Below are positions 58,445-64,000 of a DNA stretch of 64,000 nucleotides, in pieces. A program made the position numbers and the translations under genes. The stretch lies in assembly GCA_031370005.1 (NCBI GenBank), contig JANMPT010000021.1, forward strand, positions 32,001 to 96,000, in the 5' to 3' direction. Within the stretch, counting starts at the first letter, position 1. Each line of letters begins with the position of its first letter. This DNA comes from Bdellovibrionales bacterium. GTDB taxonomy: Bacteria > Bdellovibrionota > Bdellovibrionia > Bdellovibrionales > Bdellovibrionaceae. The notes beneath the pieces were generated by a model. It saw only the letters and a list, made by a program, of their open reading frames with translations, was not told the origin of the DNA and ran no database searches.

Positions 58445-60849
58445 GCTTTTTCACCCAAACCGCCGCCGGCACTGCGCGGATAATCAATGCGCTGATGGTA
58501 AATACCCAAAAGAATTTTTATAAAGGCATGTTCAACTTTTGAAATGTCTTTTAAAGTAAGGTTGCATTCATCAAGCTGACCATCTTGAAACTTTCTTTGA
58601 ATCACATTGCGCACAATATTCTGCAGTCGCGTTGGGGTGGGTTCATCCAAAGAGCGAGCGGCGGCTTCTATACTATCTGCCAACATACATAATGCAGACT
58701 CACGAAACTGTGGTTTTGGCCCTGGGTACCTAAAATCTTCTTCTGAAGTATCGCAATCATCAGGTTTTTTCAAATCCAATGCCTTATTATAAAAAAATGA
58801 GATCAAGGTAGTTCCATGATGCTGGATAATGCCTTCAATAATCGGCTTTCCAAGCTTGTACTGCATTCCGAGCTCCACCCCATCTTTAACATGAGCAATC
58901 AACAGAGTCCTACTCATGAAAGGTGAAATATCATCATGAGGATTATGTCCTGGTTTTTGATTTTCAATAAAATAATTGGAATGCTCTGTCTTTCCAATAT
59001 CATGATAATAGCACATCACCTTACCTAAAAGTGGGTTGGCATTAATATCTTCAGCTGCAGCCTCAACCATGCTTCCCACCATCATCGAGTGATGATATGT
59101 ACCGGGAGCCTTTATAATCATCTCTTTAAGAAGTGGATGGTTTAAATTGCTGAGCTCTAAAAGCTTGACGTCCGTAGTGTAGTTAAACAAGGACTCTAAG
59201 AGTGGAATAATCATCATGGTTACAAGGGCACTGAAAATTCCTCCGATAAAGGCCGCTGGAACCGCTACATAGACTTCATTTAAAGTTCCTTCTTGTTCTA
59301 TTTTACTTACTGTCATAAGAAAAGCCACTAAAAGGGCATTCACCAAACCCGCTCGAATGCCTGCAAAATAAATATCGTTGCGTGTCTTACACATGAAGAC
59401 GCCACGAGCGCCAGCAATTCCGCCAACCATAGTTACAAGCATGAAATTAAAATTGAAATCAGTCATGATCCCAGCGCAAAAGGCCATGAAGGCTGTAAAG
59501 AGCCATACGACTTCTCCTGAAGTTATAAGCAGTCCTATCATCATTGGCGCTGCCGCAATCGGGGCCGCATATAAAAATACTTTTGGTGTTAAAATATGTC
59601 CAAATTTTGAGACAAAGGCCGCATCAGTAATAAAAAGATAAATTTTCGTAATCAAAATTACAGTCAAAATCACCAGCATCATCACCATCGAGTCTTTGAG
59701 CGAAACTCGAACTTTATTAAGAGTAAACCGACGCATATAAGAGGCAAAAACAATGATTAACAAAGTTAAAAACATTGCCAAAGAAAAAGTCATTAAGTTG
59801 CCGCGTCGGTCGGCTTGAATGGATTGAATTTGCCGGATCATCGCCATCTGGAAAGGCTGAACCATACTTCCTTGGGGTACAATGACTTGATTTTTCTTAA
59901 TCGTGATGTTGACTGAAAGAATCGCCTCGCGAGCACTTTGTTTGCGGCTTGCCGCCTCTTGCTTATTCAGAGTTAAATTGGGGACAACTAGGGAGCGAGA
60001 AAGATATAAAATATTCGCACGATCACTTTCGGTCATCTTCACTAACATATGGGAATTATCAGCATCAAAGTGGTCCGGATTTTGTAAATCGAGGATATCT
60101 ACTTTTGCAAGATTAAACTCCCGTCCGAGATTATTCTTGTGAATCACTCGAGCTAAAACTGTCGTTTGATTCGCAGGAATGAAGCGATCTGGGGCCTCAG
60201 CAATTTTTTTCTCGTACCAATTCTCGAGGTTACGAACTACAGCACTCTCAATACGATTACTAAAGCGATTTTCGACAAGCCACTCATACATGAAATCAGA
60301 AATGCCGACACCGAGTTCTTTTTCAAACTGTGGCTTATGTTGAAAAAAATCACGCATGGCTTCTTCACGGCCTTTGTTGGTTTTCGGCCAAACCGTCTCG
60401 CGAAGAAGGCCTCTTTGAGTACGAAAAGAGCGATAAACACCGCTAGAAACTCGCTCAAAAACTGAGGTGTCGTAGTCATAAACCACTGGCACTGTCAGTT
60501 CTGCACGAAGGCGCTTCTCTTCAGTTGTCACTTCGTCAGTCATTTCAAAGCTAAAGGGCGAAACTACGTCTGATTTTGTAATATCGCCCACACGAAAATC
60601 GTAAGGGAGCTCTAACTGGAAAAAAATCAGATAAGAAAGCACCAAACAGAATGAAAAAATCGTCGCTATTCGCTTAAGATAAAGCCGCTGTTCAAATTCA
60701 TGATAAAGATGAAAGAAAATTCGACCAAAAAAAGTCTTCTCGAAATTCAAATGGCTCGTCCACTCAAGAAATTTCAAGCTATGGTCTTCGTAGTTGACAC
60801 GTTTATGAGGCGCGTCTGTTTTTTTTGGTCCAAATTTATACAACGGCAT
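58441..60849 (-). CDS. 7TM-HD (HDIG) phosphohydrolase, PgpH-like
   Basis: Large extracytoplasmic domain, ~7 TM helices, APGTYHHS, YYHDIGK, HV..G, HHGT, YPGPKP, MLADS.EAA. Confidence 0.92.
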   Translation of the reverse strand: MPLYKFGPKKTDAPHKRVNYEDHSLKFLEWTSHLNFEKTFFGRIFFHLYHEFEQRLYLKRIATIFSFCLVLSYLIFFQLELPYDFRVGDITKSDVVSPFSFEMTDEVTTEEKRLRAELTVPVVYDYDTSVFERVSSGVYRSFRTQRGLLRETVWPKTNKGREEAMRDFFQHKPQFEKELGVGISDFMYEWLVENRFSNRIESAVVRNLENWYEKKIAEAPDRFIPANQTTVLARVIHKNNLGREFNLAKVDILDLQNPDHFDADNSHMLVKMTESDRANILYLSRSLVVPNLTLNKQEAASRKQSAREAILSVNITIKKNQVIVPQGSMVQPFQMAMIRQIQSIQADRRGNLMTFSLAMFLTLLIIVFASYMRRFTLNKVRVSLKDSMVMMLVILTVILITKIYLFITDAAFVSKFGHILTPKVFLYAAPIAAAPMMIGLLITSGEVVWLFTAFMAFCAGIMTDFNFNFMLVTMVGGIAGARGVFMCKTRNDIYFAGIRAGLVNALLVAFLMTVSKIEQEGTLNEVYVAVPAAFIGGIFSALVTMMIIPLLESLFNYTTDVKLLELSNLNHPLLKEMIIKAPGTYHHSMMVGSMVEAAAEDINANPLLGKVMCYYHDIGKTEHSNYFIENQKPGHNPHDDISPFMSRTLLIAHVKDGVELGMQYKLGKPIIEGIIQHHGTTLISFFYNKALDLKKPDDCDTSEEDFRYPGPKPQFRESALCMLADSIEAAARSLDEPTPTRLQNIVRNVIQRKFQDGQLDECNLTLKDISKVEHAFIKILLGIYHQRIDYPRSAGGGLGEKA

Positions 60850-60958
60850 CAGCTATATGGTCCCCGCTTATAATAAGCTTTTCGGATTTTTTCTCGAAAT
60901 CCGCAGGCTTATATGTTAAGACTCCGGGTAATCTCTTTCTTTGTCGAGGTCGTTTAAT

Positions 60959-61867
60959 ATGTCAAAAGGTCCAGTGAATCCCAAAGACAACAGTGAGTAC
61001 ATACAAGCTCTCGTCAACATTGTAGCAGAACTTCGCGGCCCAGGTGGTTGTCCGTGGGATAAAGAGCAAAATCATAGCACTTTGGCGCGCTATGCCATTG
61101 AAGAATGCTTTGAAATGCTTGAGGCACTTGAAGAAAGGGAAGCTTTTCGAATCAAAATGAAGGAAAAGTCATTAAACGAGAATGAAATTAAAAGCTCAGA
61201 TCAGTTTATTTCCCTTGGTGAAAAGTTTAAAGAAGAGCTTGGTGATGTACTCTTCCAAGTGGTTTTACATGCCCAACTTGCTAATGAAGAAGGCTCCTTT
61301 AACTTCAATGATGTCGTCTCCTCGATTTCTGAAAAACTTGTGCGTCGCCATCCGCACGTCTTTGGTGACGTCAAAGTCACGAGCACTGCAGACGTCTGGA
61401 AAAACTGGGAGAGAATCAAAAAGGCAGAAAAAGTTGCTCGCGGCGAAAAAGCAGTCCTCATCTCTGTACCTACAGGCCTTCCCGCCCTGCAAAAAGCTCT
61501 TACGATAGGTGAAAAAACTCATAAAATAAAATTTGACTGGGAAGGTCCTCAAGAAGTCTGGCTCAAGGTTGAAGAGGAATTTGCAGAATTGCAAGAGGCC
61601 ATGGACAAGGATGTTATAAGTGAGATTGAGCATGAGCTTGGTGATGTTCTCTTCAGCCTTGCACAACTAGCTCGTCACTATGAACTCGATCCAGAGCAAG
61701 TGCTGCGATTAGCAAATGCAAGATTTCTCGATCGCTTTGAGAAAATGATCACAGCTTACAAAAGCGCCACTTCAAAAACATCCAGTCTAGATGAAGTGCT
61801 AATACAATTTGCTGTACTCAGTACTGATGAAAAAGAAAAATTCTGGGAAATCGCTAAAAAAAGTTAG
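60959..61867 (+). CDS. mazG: Nucleoside triphosphate pyrophosphohydrolase MazG
   Basis: LR...GCPWD..Q, EELGD, KL.RRHPHVF, second ELGD domain. Confidence 0.95.
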   Translation: MSKGPVNPKDNSEYIQALVNIVAELRGPGGCPWDKEQNHSTLARYAIEECFEMLEALEEREAFRIKMKEKSLNENEIKSSDQFISLGEKFKEELGDVLFQVVLHAQLANEEGSFNFNDVVSSISEKLVRRHPHVFGDVKVTSTADVWKNWERIKKAEKVARGEKAVLISVPTGLPALQKALTIGEKTHKIKFDWEGPQEVWLKVEEEFAELQEAMDKDVISEIEHELGDVLFSLAQLARHYELDPEQVLRLANARFLDRFEKMITAYKSATSKTSSLDEVLIQFAVLSTDEKEKFWEIAKKS

Positions 61868-62216
61868 TCTTCTCGACCAGACTTTTCGATCAATTTTTGA
61901 TCTTCATTGCATAGACCATGAAAAATTTGACATTTATAAATATGCGCCATGACATGGAAATTTTCTTTTGCCAGACCAGACTGTCAGATACTTTTTCAGT
62001 TTCTTGGACATTCACACTATGTACAACTAAAGAAAGTTTAAAATGCCAAAAAATTCGTCAAACTGTTTGACGTCAGATTTTATTTTGAAAATAGTTATTT
62101 TTATATTTTCGATGATATTTCAAGTAGTTACCTAATATCAAATTGAGATTTTAGGACCAAACATTTAGTCGTTTCAAGCACTTCACTGCAATTTCGATTT
62201 TAATCTCAGGACCTAT

Positions 62217-62243
62217 TAAACTGGCCACAGATCTAGACGATAG
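62217..62243 (+). promoter_or_regulatory. Candidate sigma28 promoter
   Basis: TAAA-N15-GACGATAG, followed by a GGAGG RBS and ATG 62267. Confidence 0.6.
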
Positions 62244-62266
62244 GTCTTTTGAACTGGAGGTTCACA

Positions 62267-63331
62267 ATGAAGTTCCGCTTAGCCACCCTCACACTTGCAA
62301 CAGCTGCAATAATGATTGCAGGTTGTAGTAAATCTGCTGACTCATTTTCTTTGCTATCGGACGCCTCTAGCTATAAGCAAAACGCCCAGTACATACCTCG
62401 AAAGGTAGATATCTTATGGGTTGTTGACAACTCTGGCTCAATGGCGAGTTCACAAACTCGTTTGGCCAACAACTTCTCTTCCTTTATTAGTAAGTTTATC
62501 GCAACTGATTCTGATTTCCATATGGCAGTAACTACTACGGATGCATACTTAGCTCCTTACGCTACCCAGTATGCTGATTACTCTCACATCCGTGATGGCG
62601 ATGGCAGTGTTCACTCTGGAGTCTTTGTTATTGATAAAAACACCCCCGATATTTCAAATGTATTCTTGAAAAATATCACACAAGGTACAGCGGGCTCAGG
62701 TGATGAACGTGCATTCTCAAGTTTTAAAGTGGCGTTGAATGAGCCCTGGAATGCAAGCTTCCGACGTTCAGATGCATTCTTAGCAGTTATAATAATTAGC
62801 GATGAAGATGACTTCTCTCACAATGACTCTGCAAGTGGCTTGAGCAGTTATTATTTTTCAGAAGATTACAATGATACTAATATGTACTCAATTCCCAGCT
62901 ATGTAGATTTTTTAACTAGCTATACATCTTCTGCAGGTGCTGGTAAGAACTTCTCTGTTAACACAATCAATATCTTAGATAGTACATGTTTGGGACAGTT
63001 ACAAAACGGTGCGCAAAAAATCGGGCAACGTTATATAGCTCTTGCTGACGCTACAGGCGGGCAAAAAATCAGCCTTTGCAGTGACTTTAGTCAAAGCTTG
63101 CAAGTTCTTTCTCAATCTATCGTAGAACTAGCAAGTGTGTTTCAACTGACTCGTGAACCAATTGCAGAAACAATTTCAGTAACTGTAGACGGCACTGTTG
63201 TAGCTCAAAATGCGAGCAACGGTTGGACCTATGATGCAACCACAGTTTCTATTGCCTTTCACGGAACAGCAATTCCGGCCGCAGGAGCTGATGTAAAAAT
63301 CTCTTTCGATCCTAAGAGCGTAAAAAACTAA
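62267..63331 (+). CDS. vWA/MIDAS-domain lipoprotein (CglB-like adhesin type)
   Basis: Lipobox IAGC, DILWVVDNSGSM (DxSxS), VTTTD, SDEDD, C-terminal Ig-like NGWTYD module. Confidence 0.8.
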   Translation: MKFRLATLTLATAAIMIAGCSKSADSFSLLSDASSYKQNAQYIPRKVDILWVVDNSGSMASSQTRLANNFSSFISKFIATDSDFHMAVTTTDAYLAPYATQYADYSHIRDGDGSVHSGVFVIDKNTPDISNVFLKNITQGTAGSGDERAFSSFKVALNEPWNASFRRSDAFLAVIIISDEDDFSHNDSASGLSSYYFSEDYNDTNMYSIPSYVDFLTSYTSSAGAGKNFSVNTINILDSTCLGQLQNGAQKIGQRYIALADATGGQKISLCSDFSQSLQVLSQSIVELASVFQLTREPIAETISVTVDGTVVAQNASNGWTYDATTVSIAFHGTAIPAAGADVKISFDPKSVKN

Positions 63332-63361
63332 GCTCTGAGCTTACAATGATTTAAGAGGGGA

Positions 63362-63952
63362 ATGATAATGAGCACACAACCAAACACAGCAACCACAAGT
63401 CATCATGAGTGGTACATTCTGCGCGGTGAAATGAAATTCGGACCCTATGAATACAGTGCGCTTATTCATATGATTCAAACCGGTGAGATCTTTGACTATA
63501 ATTATGTATGGGCCCCTCATATGGAATCCTGGATGGTTTTAGGGGATATTCATGAGTTTTCTAAAGACCGCCTAGCTCGTCTCATCCAGACACAGGACCA
63601 CCTGTCAGGTTCCTTTATCAAACGGAGCTCTCCTCGTATCGATGTGGACTTGGATGTATATGCCCATAATAATAATAATTTTTTCGATGGAAAATGTATA
63701 TCTATTAGTGATAATGGCGCTCTTTTGCTTCTGAATGACCCCCTTCTTTTACCGGGCCAGGAGATAGTCATTCATTTCCGCAACCACAATGAAAATAGTC
63801 CTTCAGGTTTTAATGTGAAAGCCGAAGTGATTAGAAAGAACTTTTCAAAACAAAGAATTAACGTCAAATCTGGTTTGCACTACGCTGTTCGTTTCCTTCA
63901 AGTGCCAAAAGATGGACAAGAACAAATACAAAATATGATTTTGAAAAAATAA
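63362..63952 (+). CDS. GYF_2 plus PilZ domain protein
   Basis: WY......FGP......L....G......VW..HM.SW; RSSPR and SISDNG PilZ motifs. Confidence 0.85.
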   Translation: MIMSTQPNTATTSHHEWYILRGEMKFGPYEYSALIHMIQTGEIFDYNYVWAPHMESWMVLGDIHEFSKDRLARLIQTQDHLSGSFIKRSSPRIDVDLDVYAHNNNNFFDGKCISISDNGALLLLNDPLLLPGQEIVIHFRNHNENSPSGFNVKAEVIRKNFSKQRINVKSGLHYAVRFLQVPKDGQEQIQNMILKK

Positions 63953-64000
63953 TTGGAGGAAAAGTATATGATGGGCTTTGTTGGTTTTATAAATGATGCA

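Noticed and set aside
60959..61867. mazG as part of a toxin-antitoxin or anti-phage locus
   Set aside because: Standard two-domain housekeeping MazG with no mazEF or defence genes adjacent.
62170..62192. Possible sigma54 site AAGCACTTCACTGCA
   Set aside because: Lacks the invariant GG, and the spacing is one base short.
63968..64000. ORF start MMGFVGFINDA at the window edge
   Set aside because: It has a good RBS, but 11 codons are too few to assign a product.

Overview
Chromosomal segment of a Bdellovibrionota (Bdellovibrio-like) bacterium. The assignment is inferred from gene order and content: aroE-like/pilB/pilT-like/pilC/pilS/pilR, AgmX-type and vWA lipoproteins, GYF-PilZ and many secreted orphans. 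Most of the window is core genome: uvrA (partial), a Fur-family gene, rnhA, folE2, maf, cdd, a CPA2 antiporter, an S8 protease, atoB-scoAB, pyk, type IV pilus assembly and regulation genes, ribF, a CHASE2/NtrC pair, a lolCD-bamA-skp-lpxA-gnnA-lpxB-lpxK-lpxL-GT9 envelope operon, frameshifted prfB, ybeY, a 7TM-HD phosphohydrolase and mazG. A ~7.5 kb accessory region between tRNA-Arg(CCU) and pilR has no integrase. It holds two truncated genes, a perfect 21-bp hairpin and an OM-barrel / double-glycine precursor / C39-peptidase lipoprotein operon. No CRISPR array, rRNA or intact mobile element was seen. The best leads are the C39/double-Gly operon, two apparent pseudoenzymes in the pilus operon (PilT-like and AroE-like), a basic/acidic/Zn-finger histone-H1-like protein, and several sigma28/sigma54 promoter candidates. 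All family calls come from recognising motifs by eye; no searches were run.
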